Of a stretch of 64,000 nt of DNA, positions 12,401-24,136 are shown piece by piece. Source of the stretch: Hydrolagus affinis (Eukaryota); contig JAAILG010000505.1 of NCBI GenBank assembly GCA_012026655.1, forward strand, positions 1-64,000, given 5' to 3'. The notes under the pieces were generated by a model. It was not told the DNA's origin. It saw nothing but the letters and a program-made list of their open reading frames with translations, and searched no databases. Positions within the stretch are counted from its first letter, which is position 1; every line of letters begins with the position of its first letter. Position numbers and translations under genes: made by a program.

Positions 12401-13863
12401 ACATATCTGATCCAATCATATTATGCCTCTTTTTTAATAACAGGTTCCAATTCCTTTTAATATGTTGAGAATTTTCACATGTTTAAAAGCACAACAATTA
12501 TTGACAACCATCTGGTCAATATTTGGGTAGGAACTGAATTGCTTGGTGTTGCTGTTGTGGTACAGTAACCAATATACTCTAATTTACGATAACTCGGACC
12601 ACATGAGCGGTTTCTATTTAAATCCTTTAATTAAAGTTCAGGTAAAAATACAGAAATCACAAGTAATCCATCTAGTTATAATAAAAGGCCAATATTGTTC
12701 TCTATGTACCGCTCCAACTGAAGTTTACAATGCTGCAATGTGACTGAAAAGCTGGAATGTGAAACAAAGCAATAGAAGCAAATTGATTTAAATAGTGATT
12801 TTGCTAGCTTTACTTAAGTTCCTGAGAAGTATTGATTTCAACAGCAAGAACTGTGGAGTCCAAAAGCATTAATGAGACAATTAGGTCACTAAACTGTTGA
12901 ACTTTGTATGCAGGGTGTCACATGCACATTGTGCATATTTTAAATTAAAAATGCTTGTGAAGGGCTGGCTAGTGAGGCAGTCACACGGAGCTCCTTGTCG
13001 TCTTTAAATTGAAAATACAAAAAATACCGGTAGTTGAGTTTAGTGCTTCAGTGCTGCGTCACATACAATTCTTTGAAAATCAATTAATTTAAGAATGGCA
13101 AGTGAAGGTCAACTTGCTGATTTGGAAAAAAACACAATTAAGCAGATTTTATAGCATACTGTGTTTCACTTGATTTTGGTTTTCTAGCAAGCAGACAGTT
13201 CTGTGTTTGGAGATATAATGCAGAAGCTACAACTTTTTGTTTTGTGACTTTGAAAATTATATTTTTAATCTAACTGCATAAAGCATACTGGGACAGTTTT
13301 GAGACATCACTTGAGGTTGGGTACAAAGCAATAGAAAGCCATGGTGTTCTGTTCACAGCTGGATTGAACGTGAGGGAAATCAACAGATTGCAACATAAAG
13401 CCAGGACTTTATAATTTAGTGGAATAAAGTTTAAAATTGTCATCAACTGCCAAATTCCTATACAAAAAAAACGCTACTTGATTAGGTTCCTTGTTTGCTT
13501 TTTGCTTTCAGTGGAGATGCTGGGAGACCAAAGGCTGAAGACCAAAATAACACAATTCTGTTCTGCACCTCTTTATAAGATGCTTCTATCCTTCCCAAGT
13601 ATCAATTAACTCCATATCATGTTAGATTTTTCAAACTTCAATTATTCACCATATGTTTTCCTAAAAGGAATGTTCTAGGCCAGTGTGTAGGTTCACCGGA
13701 TCAGTCATGGAATTCTGTTATTTTAGACTTCAGTCTCACTGGTGACTGGTCTCATGATTTGGGAGTACATTTGCCATTAGATTTCCAAACTAATTTTTCA
13801 TTAGAGATCATGTAACAGGCAGCAAAAAGATCTGCTTTGCCAGCCAGTTCTTGACTGTTGTCT

Positions 13864-14137
13864 TAATAATCCTTGCATTTGGATGTAGCACTTTTCACAT
13901 CTTCTCGACATTTCAATGCACTTCACAGAATGTACTGTAAAGTGAAGTGACTGTATATTTTGTGGGTGAAACACAGCAATGTCTCACAAACAGTCATGGA
14001 TTGAAATGACCAATTTTTTCTTTTTGAGGAATTATTATCAGGCGTGTTGGGTAAGGAAACTTTCCCAGGGTTTTAACCTGCCTGGAATTGAACCCAGGTC
14101 TCTCGTTTGCAAGGAGAGTGCTCTAACCATGAGCTAG
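13864..14137 (-). mobile_element. tRNA-derived SINE, short variant, near full length
   Basis: Tail taataatccttgcattt; head ggaattgaacccaggtctctcgtttgcaaggagagtgctctaaccatgagcta. Confidence 0.85.
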
Positions 14138-15626
14138 AAGATAAATCCAATGGATAGTGAGTTTTACTTTTATGTGGTGGTCAATATATGGGCATGGGAT
14201 CATTGTGTTGGAGGTGGGGGGATGGGGGCGGGGTGCTGAGCGCAGCTAATTTCTTTGTGATAATCGTTTCACTTGAGCGGTAAAAGTAGGCTCATGTTTG
14301 ATGTTGGACTGCACAGACTCATCGCTCAGTGACATAGGACAGATTAATAGTTTAATGAGGTAAGACACAGATTCATTGCTTAATGAGGTAGCGCTGCAAA
14401 GGTTCAGCCTTCAATGAATGAGGTAGGATGACAAGGATTATGAGATTCATACAGGATTACTAACTTTTTTGAACAGTCAATGTCTAAACAAGGTGTTCAA
14501 ATGAGCCACTTCAGTATTATGGATGCATAGAAGTGCAAGTAGGCCAGACCTTTCATTGAGTATTTCAGATGGTATAAACTGCAAGAGGAACATCATCTGC
14601 ATATTCTTTCTAGGTGATTCAATGTTTTTATGTTAATCTATTCAAATGAGATTAAATTTGCATCTGTAAATCAAGCTGCTTTGAAAATAAGCTTGGCTGT
14701 ATTATGTGATTAGAAGCTGTTGGACATGATTTATTTCCCATAAGTGGGCTGACCTAATAATTCGTAAATGACGTGCATAGTTGGAAGGTGGTCAGTCTTG
14801 TTATGACATTGGCTTTTGAGTTATCAGAACTTTGTCGGAAGACTATTGTTCCAGGCGAACAATAAAATTGCATTTGTCGGGAAGACAGAATTCAGTAAAA
14901 GTTTACCCCTTTAAGTAATGTTGTGCAAGGCTGACTACACAATTGTCAATCATGCATAAAAGTATTGTAGACCTGCCTGTCGTACATCAACAAGACCACC
15001 AAAGAGAATTTACTATATTATGCGGTCTACACTTTGAGTAAAGTAGTGTATTTGTACTTTACAAATGCCAGAATCGGTATCAAATCTGATAATCTTCAAA
15101 GCTGATGTTTCCATTGTACAGTGGAAGGCCCCTATATTATAATATTCATTAAGTTAATAGTGAACTGATGATTTTATTTTACTGTTCTATGCCAACTTTA
15201 AAGTTAAATTCATGATATTGATATTGCTAGCCTCGTGAAATTTGAATGTGATGCTGCTGAATAACATGGATGCAGAGCAAAAGATTGGCTGCAATGAGCT
15301 CTTTGATATGCCATAGGTGTTTCTACTAAAGTGAGCCAAAGTCACAATAATAGTGTGAGACAAGTCAAGGTTAAAAGGAAAGCATTAGATGAGAGGTAGG
15401 GAGAGCACAGGGGCTATTTATGTAATGATAACTGTGGCTGGCTGTTGAAAGCTCGGTGAACCACATCAAAAAACGTGCAGAATAATCTGACAGAGCAAAT
15501 TTTGAATAATAGATTGTCTGGCACTAAAAGCTCTAATGAGCTTTTCTTTCCACGTTGTCTGAAAGTTACAATCAGCTGCACGGCAGAAATAGGAGCTAAA
15601 ATTTTTTAATGAAAACTAAATAAGAG

Positions 15627-15935
15627 TAATAATAAAAAAAGAATCCTTGTATTTCATATAATGCCTTATCATGTCTTCTAGACGTCTCAAGGCACTTCAC
15701 AGATTATAATGTAAAGTGAATTGACTGTATATTTTGTGAACAAAACACGGCAGCCGATTGCACACAGCAGTGTCCCACAAAAAAGTCGTGGATTGAAATG
15801 ACCAATGTTTTTTCAGGGATTATTATTAGGTTTGTGGATTGAGGAAACTTGCCTAAGATTTCGTTCTGCTGGGAATTGAATCCAGGTTTTTCGTTTGCAA
15901 GACGAGTGCTCTAACCACTGAGCTACAGGACTCCA
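15627..15935 (-). mobile_element. Full-length tRNA-derived SINE, short variant
   Basis: Head (rc) tggagtcctgtagctcagtggttagagcactcgtcttgcaaacg, plus family body and tail. Confidence 0.9.
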
Positions 15936-16064
15936 CGTAGGAGTAGGATATTATGCAGTTCTTTCTTTGTCGACAACAGTTTTTATAAGTATGATAACAT
16001 TACAATGTTATTATAACAATCAATTTTCCAGGGAAAATATAATGCAAATGAACCTAACATGCTA

Positions 16065-16352
16065 TGGAGTCCTGAAGCTCTGTGGTTAGAGCGCTCGATT
16101 TACAAGTGAGAGACCTGGGTTCAATTCTAGGGAGGATGAAACCTTGGGCAAGTTACCTTACACCACATGCCTGATAATAAACCCTAAAAAAATAATAAAT
16201 TGGTCATTTCAATCCACAATTGTTTGTGGGACACTGCTGTGTGGAATTGGCTGCCGCATTTTGCCCACATATACACAGTCACTTTACAGTATATTCTATG
16301 AAGTACTTTGAGACATCTAGAAGATGTAAAAAGTTCTATATCAAATGCAAGG

Positions 16353-16395
<43 letters not shown>
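16065..16395 (+). mobile_element. Full-length tRNA-derived SINE, short variant, with long (TTA)n tail
   Basis: tggagtcctgaagctctgtggttagagcgctc..gggttcaattc..ccttgggcaagtt..tgctgtgtggaattggctgccgc..tcaaatgcaagg, then (tta)n at 16354-16395. Confidence 0.9.
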
Positions 16396-16397
<2 letters not shown>

Positions 16398-16610
16398 TCA
16401 CTTTGGCGGTGTACAGGGAAGGAATGTGAAATACTGTTTGGAAAGAAAAAGTAATGAAATGTAAACCTATGGCAACCTATTGACAGAACAGTCTATAGGG
16501 TGATAACTACGTCTGATCAGTTCATATTGACTGTTCAGCACCTTGGGACATCCTCCCGACATGTACGGCACTGTTGTTGTTGTTTCTGTGTTTTTGCTGT
16601 ATTGATGCAT

Positions 16611-16709
16611 GTATACAGCTGATTCACTTTACAGTATATTCTATGAAGCTCTTTGAGACGTCTAGAAGACATGAAAAGCGCTATCTCAAATGCAAGGATT
16701 ATTATTATG
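16611..16709 (+). mobile_element. 3' fragment of the tRNA-derived SINE
   Basis: ttcactttacagtatattctatgaagctctttgagacgtctag..aaatgcaaggattattattat. Confidence 0.8.
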
Positions 16710-17269
16710 TTGAGGATGCATGAATGTAATGAGGTTGGTTCTTTATCTAGTGGAGGCAAATCTTAGACCTTGGTACCCATTAATTATTTATTTCAGCAGC
16801 ATAATTCTGTCCATATTGAATACTTTTAAAAAATCATTTTTTAATCATAATGGGTCAGAAAAGCATTGTTTCCCAATAATTAAACTGTATTTAGGCACAC
16901 AAATTTTCAAATGGAAGTGTCTTTCAAATATTATCACATATAATCCGCATATTCCTTTGACATTCCTTACAAAGGTTCCATAAATTGTAATGTGCAGTGC
17001 TTGATTTTTGCAGTAAGCAAAGATATGAGAATTGAATTCCCCCAATTTAAAGTGAGCAAACCTCAAGCACGGTGCAAGATTAGATGGATGTATTCTCCTC
17101 TATATATTGTATGTGTGGATGAAATCCAACAAAGTCAGCTGATGCTGCAGTATTTAACTCCTTCAAATAGAGCTGAAGTAGGTATCTACTTGACAACAGC
17201 AGTGAAGCAAATGTGTTTAGGTACAGACTGAGATGAAGAAAGATGCCAAGGAATAGCAGTGTATCTTTA

Positions 17270-17790
17270 GGTGTCAGTCTGGCTCTGTTGGTAGCACTTT
17301 TGCCTATTGAATCAGACAGCTGTGGGTTCAAGCTCCACGTTGGGATTGAGCTCATAGTCTACGCTGACACTCCAGTGAAATTCTATTAGAGCACTGCATT
17401 GCCAGAGGTCCCATCCTTCAGATAACATGCTAAACTGAAGTCTCATCTACCAGTTCAGTTGGATGCTGAAGATCCCGTGACTCAGGCCCTAGTTAATGAG
17501 CCCCTACAGAGTTAACCATTCATGCCATGGTCGTTTGTGGGATAGTGCTGTCACCTCATGCCCTCTCTCTCCTTTGGTTGATATCCAACCACATCACTGT
17601 GAAGCAGTCCAACTTGAAGGGCATTATATACATTGTTATTTGTGTAAATTGGCTCCTGTGTTTGCTGTAGAAATGTAATCTTGTTGTTGTTGTTTACAAA
17701 TAGGCAGTCACTACACTTTACAAGTAAAATCCTAGTTTTAAAGTGCTTTGAGCCATTTCACCGAAGTGATGAGGTGCTTTATCTGATGTA
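17270..17790 (+). mobile_element. Old DeuSINE (SacSINE1-like) copy
   Basis: tRNA head gtcagtctggctctgttggtagcac..gggttcaag; gctgacactccagtg; Deu-like ccttcagat..taaactga..aagatccc; gtaaattggctc; L2-type tail. Confidence 0.75.
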
Positions 17791-19158
17791 ATGATTATTA
17801 CCATCACTGCTTGAGAATATATTGTGTAGCTTGTGTACAGTATCTGCAAAAACCTTGAAATATGTAGTTCTACATTTAGAAGACATTTATATGGAGAGGA
17901 GGGGGGGAGAGAGATGTAAATAATTAAAATAGTTTGGGGGTTTGCATCATATTTTCTGCAAGGTTCGGTAACGGGTAAGTGGATATGGTTGGCGATGTGC
18001 AGAATTCTAAACTGTAATTCCTGTCAGGGCAGTGGAGCAGACAAACCAATTTAAAGCAGTCATTTTCTGTTAGATTGTACACCATCACTCGCAAACAGCA
18101 AGTGTATTCGCAGTTGTCGGCTCTGGTGTGCTTGAAATGCGAGCTAATCTCTCATCATTGCAATGGACTAAATTCTCAACAAATCTCAGTCAGCGTTTGC
18201 ATTCGTATTGAAAGGTGTCTTGATTCTGTAAACCATTCTGAAAGTATACAGTCATTTAGTAGACTCTGCTAATGGGAATGATTGCTGTAATGATTGCTGT
18301 TCATTCAGGTGCAAATCGTTTTCAATTTACTCTGCAAAGTTCCCTTAAAGAGTCATTGTTACAACAGTAAATTTGAGAAATCATTATTTATTATAAACAC
18401 AGTTTTTGACATAAAGTGTTTTTCTGTTTCAGTCAGCCAGATATCTGACATATGCAGAAACTCATTGTTTTGCTATGGAGTCTCCAAACCAAACCACTGA
18501 GTGTTCTGGAAGGATTATTTACCAAATCGCAAAAAGTTAGGTACAGGCTGGCAAAACCTGCAGATTTGTAGAGGCTGGGATTGGTTTTAAATCTAAAAAT
18601 TGTTCTAAAAATCACTGATGTTTTCTAGATTTTTTTTGGTTAAAGCAGCATGAATTAAAACAGATATATTTCCCTTTCAGAAAGCTCCTTCACTTAAAAA
18701 TGGAGAATTAAATTACCTTGGTATGTAGGAATTCATCCTATGATATGGTGACTGCTGTTTGAAACTCAAATACTTTATTAAATCAGTATTTCATAAATAA
18801 TGCAAGGGGAGGAATGAGGAAAATTACAAGCAAGCTTAGATGTTGCATTCCAGCTTCAACGATTCTAATTGTTCATACAAGCTTATCAATTTTGTTTTTA
18901 AAGTTTCTTTGTTGCATTTATATCCATGTGTCAACTGTATGTTGGAGACACTGTATGTATTGTAATGTATCAACAATGGCAACCTCTGCCCTTTGAACTG
19001 ATTTTGCTATGAACAAAGCAGTCAATGCTTATTGTTTTTATGAAATCTTTGCAACTCATAGATGTTATTTCAATGCCTGCAATTTTAAAATAAAGTGTTT
19101 AAAATAAAGTGTTCTTTCGAACTTTTGATCAGAGCTTTCTTTGGAAAGCTATAATATA

Positions 19159-20045
19159 CAGGTAAAGCTCTATTTAGGACGGGGTTGCATTCCTGAAAAA
19201 CAGCGTGAGATAGGAACGTCCTAAATCGAAACACGGTTTCCCATGCAGTCCCATTATATAACCTGAGATGCGTTCTTTTCACAAAAGTTTCAGACCTTAA
19301 ACCCACTAAACAACGCACAAAACACACAAAATAACTCACATAGGCAAGAAGGGGTACTTGGGGTAACTGTACAGTATTGTACTTTAGTACTGACAAACTT
19401 TAATACAGTCCTATGTTTACAGTCCTAAGCAGATAATCTGCTTGCACCTGTAGCTGTAACACACCTTAAATTTGCCAGTATATTGTCCTTATTCTGTTTT
19501 ATAGTAGCCACCGTCGATCTAGCTAGCCCTAAAGCCCTCCCTACGTCCATACCTTTTTTGCCAGACTTGATGCGCTTTATCACCTTCAATTTAGCATTTA
19601 AAGTGATGACTTTGTGGGGTCTCTTTTCGCTAGCGGTATTACTGCTGCTCATTTCACTTACTGCTATCTTTTCCCGACAAGGTATAAACGCGGTAGAGGC
19701 TGTAAATCGCTCAAAGTTGCTCGGGAATGTTCAGAAATGACTGTATTACTGATGTGATGTGGTGTCACTTCAAAATCAGCTGACTTTTAAACAATGACAT
19801 AGCGACATGTTATTGGCTAGTTCAAACGCTTGGAATCACTATATCAGGTGCGAGCGCAATTTACCCGTGAATACACTATGGACAAAACAGACGCGCCAAA
19901 TACAACTGCGATGTACAATATGTACTGCGCATGTACAAAAAGATAATTTTGTTTGTTAAAATGAAACCAAATGTCCTAAATCGATAAAAAGGTGTTAAGA
20001 AATGATGTTTGTTCAATCGAAATTTCCTAAATAGAAGCATCCTAA
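19159..20045 (-). mobile_element. Internally deleted pogo/Tigger DNA transposon
   Basis: TA|CAGGTAAAGCTCTATTTAGGA terminus at 19159 and partial inverted copy tcctaaatag near 20025-20034. The outer part of that TIR is missing. Carries a transposase N-terminus. Confidence 0.8.
19425..19652 (-). pseudogene. Truncated Tigger/pogo transposase N-terminus (CENP-B-like HTH-psq domain)
   Basis: KRPHKVITLNAKLKVIKRIKSGKKGMDVGRALGLARSTVATIKQNKDNI fits the Tigger pattern RKxITLexKLxVIxR.exG....VxRxLGLxxSTVxTIxKNKxxI. No DDE domain follows. Confidence 0.85.
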
Positions 20046-21300
20046 CTTTCGCAATATTTCGCGAGAACTTTCGCAATATTTTAGCAAGTATTGTGCTACA
20101 CTGAAGTGTTATCACTCAGCCCCTTGTTCACTCGAGTATTTGCAAACAGTGTAAAGCAGGCAATCAAACAAAGAAACTGTGCTCTCAAATATCAGGGGAT
20201 TTTTCAACAATTGCTGTAAAATTACTTTGTACAGCGTTACAGCTTTCATTCTTCTGCTTGAGAGTTCTGATAACTGGAATCACTGCACCAATACAAACAT
20301 TCTTTAGTAGAGAATAGTATTTTAAAATTGATTGGGGAATTGCAGTGAAATGACGAGCACACTTCCTTGGGGGTTACTCGGGGCAAGCTTTACGTTTGTC
20401 TAAATATCTGAACTGGATTCTGGGAGCAATAGTTGTACGTATGAATAATAACCACACGTGTGTGAGTGATTGGTACTGTACCATACACACCAGTGTGCAT
20501 GCTGGTGGGGAAACAGCGTTAGGGTTGAGCAGCAAGGGTAGGGTTAGGATCACATTTTGGATCATTTATTTTGCTTGCTCTTTTGTTGTCTTACCACGCT
20601 CTTTTATCCGCTTTCCCTTTTACATGTTTTCTGTTTCTTTCATTCTCTTTCTCTAACCCTACATGAAACCTACCACTTGATGTTACCTCAACAAATATTG
20701 TTACTGTAGACTGAAAATTGTGAAGACAGCACTGTAAAATATAAGGTACATACTGTGAGGGCACAGGTGCAAAGAATGCAGGAATTTTTAACGCAATATT
20801 GTTACCCATTATTTGTCAAAATCATTTCATAAACAATACATGATAAAGAATCTTAGTGCATTATATACCATACTGTACACGTGTTGACTGTAACTCACTT
20901 GTAACGTGTCAGGACAACCTTCTGAACTGTTCATTATTTTATTTGACATTTGGTAGTAGAGGTATTCACTATATTATTTGACATTTACCTGCATGTACGC
21001 ATTTGGGACAAGCTAGAATACTAATTGAATGTTGTGTACTGCAGTGACAATACTATTCTGTTTATTGAAGAACGCTTAAATACATTAGGAGAAACCATCT
21101 TCTGATTTTTTTTCAGCAAATCTCTCATCTGAGTACTTTTCCTGGAATATTTATTCTGAAACCCTTAGAAATTTCATGCACATGCCCTTTTTCTACCTCC
21201 TTAAATTGAAGTCTACTACCTTTAAACAGAAGAATAACTATCTATTTAGCCCTTGGCTTGACAGTGTATGTTTATGTTTATGAACTGCTGTTTGTGTATA

Positions 21301-22152
21301 CAGTAAAAAGCCCATTTATCCGTGACTTGATCAACCTTAACTTCTGTATAACCAGCACCTCAAAAAAAAGGTCCCCATTCGAATAACCGGATCTTATCCA
21401 GCACAATTGCGATGGTGCATTTAATGAGTCGATTGTCACATGACGTACAGTACGATTAGTTCTGAATGCTGCCGGTGGTGGCACTTCCAGTTTTTCCTCT
21501 TAAAGCGGAATTATCGGTTTTTCCTCTCCCTCTCTCCGTTTTCTCTCTCTCCCTCTTTTACTTTTTCTCTCTCCCTCTCTCTTTCTATCTCTTCCCCTTT
21601 CTTTCCCTCTCTCTCTGGTGGATACTACATATTGCCTGTGTAACCTGACTGAATCGTGGGTTTATACATTGTTTTGGTGGGGGGTGGGAGAAGAAGCGAG
21701 GCAGGGAAAGAGAGGTGGGGGAGAGGAGTGGGGAGAGAGAGAGAGGGGATAAGTTGATTAATTTAGATGGAAAATGAGAGGAGTGGAGGGAGTTTGGGTT
21801 TCAAACCATTGAGATGCCAGACTAACTGAATGTGTGTTTGAAAGTGAGAGAGAGGGAAGGAGGGAGAGAAAGAAAAAAAAGAGGAAAAAAAAGACCGCTT
21901 TAAGCCACTACAGTCCGCCATTGTAAAAGTTTGCTTTGTGATTGTGTGCTGTGTTTATAGACTGTAATCGATATTTATTGCTTTATTGGTAAGTATCCAT
22001 ATAATATTCTGTTATTATTTAGTCTATTATTAATATGGTATGTTAAAAAAAGTTAACTTTTTTGGGGGTTGGGTCTTCTTTCGAATATCCAGCATGCCGT
22101 TTAACCGGCATTGGCCAGGTCCTGAGGATGCCGGATAAACGGGCTTTTACTG
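21301..22152. mobile_element. Complete non-autonomous Tc1/mariner-pogo (Tigger-type) MITE, 852 bp
   Basis: Left TIR CAGTAAAAAGCCCATTTATCCG; right TIR (rc) CAGTAAAAGCCCGTTTATCCG; TA on both flanks (21299-21300, 22153-22154). Confidence 0.88.
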
Positions 22153-22699
22153 TATTTAGTTGGCTTGTCAAGACAAAATTCAGTACATAAATTGCCCACA
22201 TATTATAGCCAGATAATGAAACATGTTGATCTGGGAGTTCAACACCAAATGTAGGTGGTATTGATGGCATTTTCCTTGTCTTGTTTAGAAGAGTTTAAGT
22301 TGCTCATTGGGTTTCAGTTTGTCTGTTGTCTACTTCTCAAGGTGCCGTGGCTGGATGGACATGTTGTCAGGAAATATGCCCACAACATTAAAAAAAAGTG
22401 ATGCTAAGAGAGTGATAGTAGGAGAAGGAGCATTGAACATTTTTTTCAAAACAAATTACCAGCTATATTGCATTATAGTTAATAAAATAGCTATAATGTA
22501 GCAGAACTGTAGTTAATATAGCTTACTAATTTAATATTTGTCTGTTTATTTCCATGTGTGTAATATAAATAACAAAGTAAATAACAGTCTTATATTGCAT
22601 CACAACACCTCTTTGTATCTGTCTCTTGGCTCATAGTAAATTATTCTTATGTTGGTGGAAAAACTGTTTTATTATTTGTCAAATCATGGGAGAAAAATT

Positions 22700-22840
22700 T
22701 CCATGATAAAATACATAAATGTGTGTCCTGTCGCATTTTGATGCTTTAGAATTTGATTTTCAAAAGTGTGATTTTTTTTAAAATGTCTATTGCAAATATC
22801 TGTGAAATTATACTTAGTATGTGGGTTTACATGGGGATCC

Positions 22841-22875
<35 letters not shown>

Positions 22876-22907
22876 TTCATCACCCATTTTATACACTTAT
22901 TACAAGA
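22700..22907 (-). mobile_element. Possible non-autonomous Helitron 5' end with (CAGA)n microsatellite
   Basis: Minus strand reads A|TCTTGTAATAAGTGTATAAAATGGGTGATGAATGTCTGTCTGTCTG, i.e. TC start, AT-rich leader, then (TGTC)n. No CTRR 3' end found. Confidence 0.35.
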
Positions 22908-23092
22908 TAGTTGCGCAATTAGCTGAGTATTGTTTATACTGTGGCAGGGTAACTGCATTGCTGATGTTGAAGAGACTGAAATCTGTTTGAAAGAAGACAG
23001 GCGGGTGATGATAACCTGTTAAATTATTTTCTTCTATTAGCAACTTGTCCATCTGCTCTGAGTGAATGACTGGAGTGGTTTTATTTTCCCAG

Positions 23093-23205
23093 GTAACACC
23101 AACAGTATCTTCGCTTTGGATTACATCAGTGGAGCGTTAATTCTGAATGGCCCTCTGGATCGAGAAAATCCCCTCTACAGCTCAGGGTTTATATTGACTG
23201 TAAGG
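23093..23205 (+). CDS. CDH23: Cadherin-23 internal coding exon (113 nt, phase 1-0): (G)NTNSIFALDYISGALILNGPLDRENPLYSSGFILTVR
   Basis: Acceptor ttattttcccag, donor AGG|gtgagt. Has the LDRE motif, and its phase matches the preceding 79-nt exon. Confidence 0.96.
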
Positions 23206-24074
23206 GTGAGTAATTCCAACTTCAGCCCTTCCATCTGTTAAAGAAATTTTTTTTGCACTAGATTCAGTGCAAAATAAAAGCAAAACTTACCATTATCATC
23301 AGAATGTATCTTGTTTCTGCAGAATGCCTTTCTATTCCAGTCCTCGCCATGCATAGAATAACTTGCATTTCTGCACTGGGTTTTGGCCTATTTGAGACCG
23401 CCAACGTGTTCTTCAATATGGGCATCAAAGATAGAACTTTACTTACTAATTGGGAATTGCAGCACTTTCAACCCATGAATTATAAGTGATGGAGTTATCT
23501 CTCTTGCGATTATCCTCTTACACCTAAATTGCTAGTACCAGTGGAAAATTGATGTGTTGTAAGTCAGATTAGTTTCTAATTCTTTGGCTGGAAGTGTGAT
23601 TTTCATATTGATTAAATAACTAGGATTCTAAAAATTCTGCCTCATTACTGTATATATTTGGCTCCACAATATGTGGGAGGTTTTTTCAAAAAATCTATTT
23701 CTTTGTCTCAGTGCTCCTGGGGAAGAAACTCTTCTTGTGAGTGATATAAATAAACCACTGGTTTTCTCTCGAGTTTGTAATGCATTTGGTGTAATTTAGA
23801 CACAGCTTCTCAGCGTGCAAGGCTAAATAATAATAAAAGTACTGTATTGAATTAGAGCAAGTCTTACCTTGCTAAGACTACATCAAATGAATCAATTAAC
23901 TTTTGCATGGCTCCTTTTCAAATCTGGCTGAGTATCCTTTTTTTGTGTTGTGTTTCTGCTGGTTGTTCTCAGCTTCATAGTGCCACCTATAGCAATATTA
24001 TTAATTATTATAGCCGTGAAAGCTACATATAATATCTCTATGATTGGTTCACCTGATTGCCATACATTCAGTTG

Positions 24075-24136
24075 AACAACAACAAAATGACATTTGTAGA
24101 GCGCCTTTCACGTCGGGAGGACATCCCAAGGTGCTG
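24075..24136 (-). mobile_element. L2-type 3' stem-loop/tail stub
   Basis: aacaacaacaaaatgacatttgtagagcgcctttcacgtcgggaggacatcccaaggtgctg. Confidence 0.75.

Noticed and set aside
11609-12420. 120-aa minus ORF and possible degraded L1-like sequence
   Set aside because: Only a faint IQYRI..HW resemblance on the plus strand, too weak to call. The ORF has AT-rich non-coding composition.
15865-15935. tRNA-like sequences with A and B boxes (also at 8410-8483, 16065-16135, 25941-26010)
   Set aside because: These are SINE heads. Each runs directly into the shared SINE body and tail, and the copies are diverged without an intact cloverleaf.
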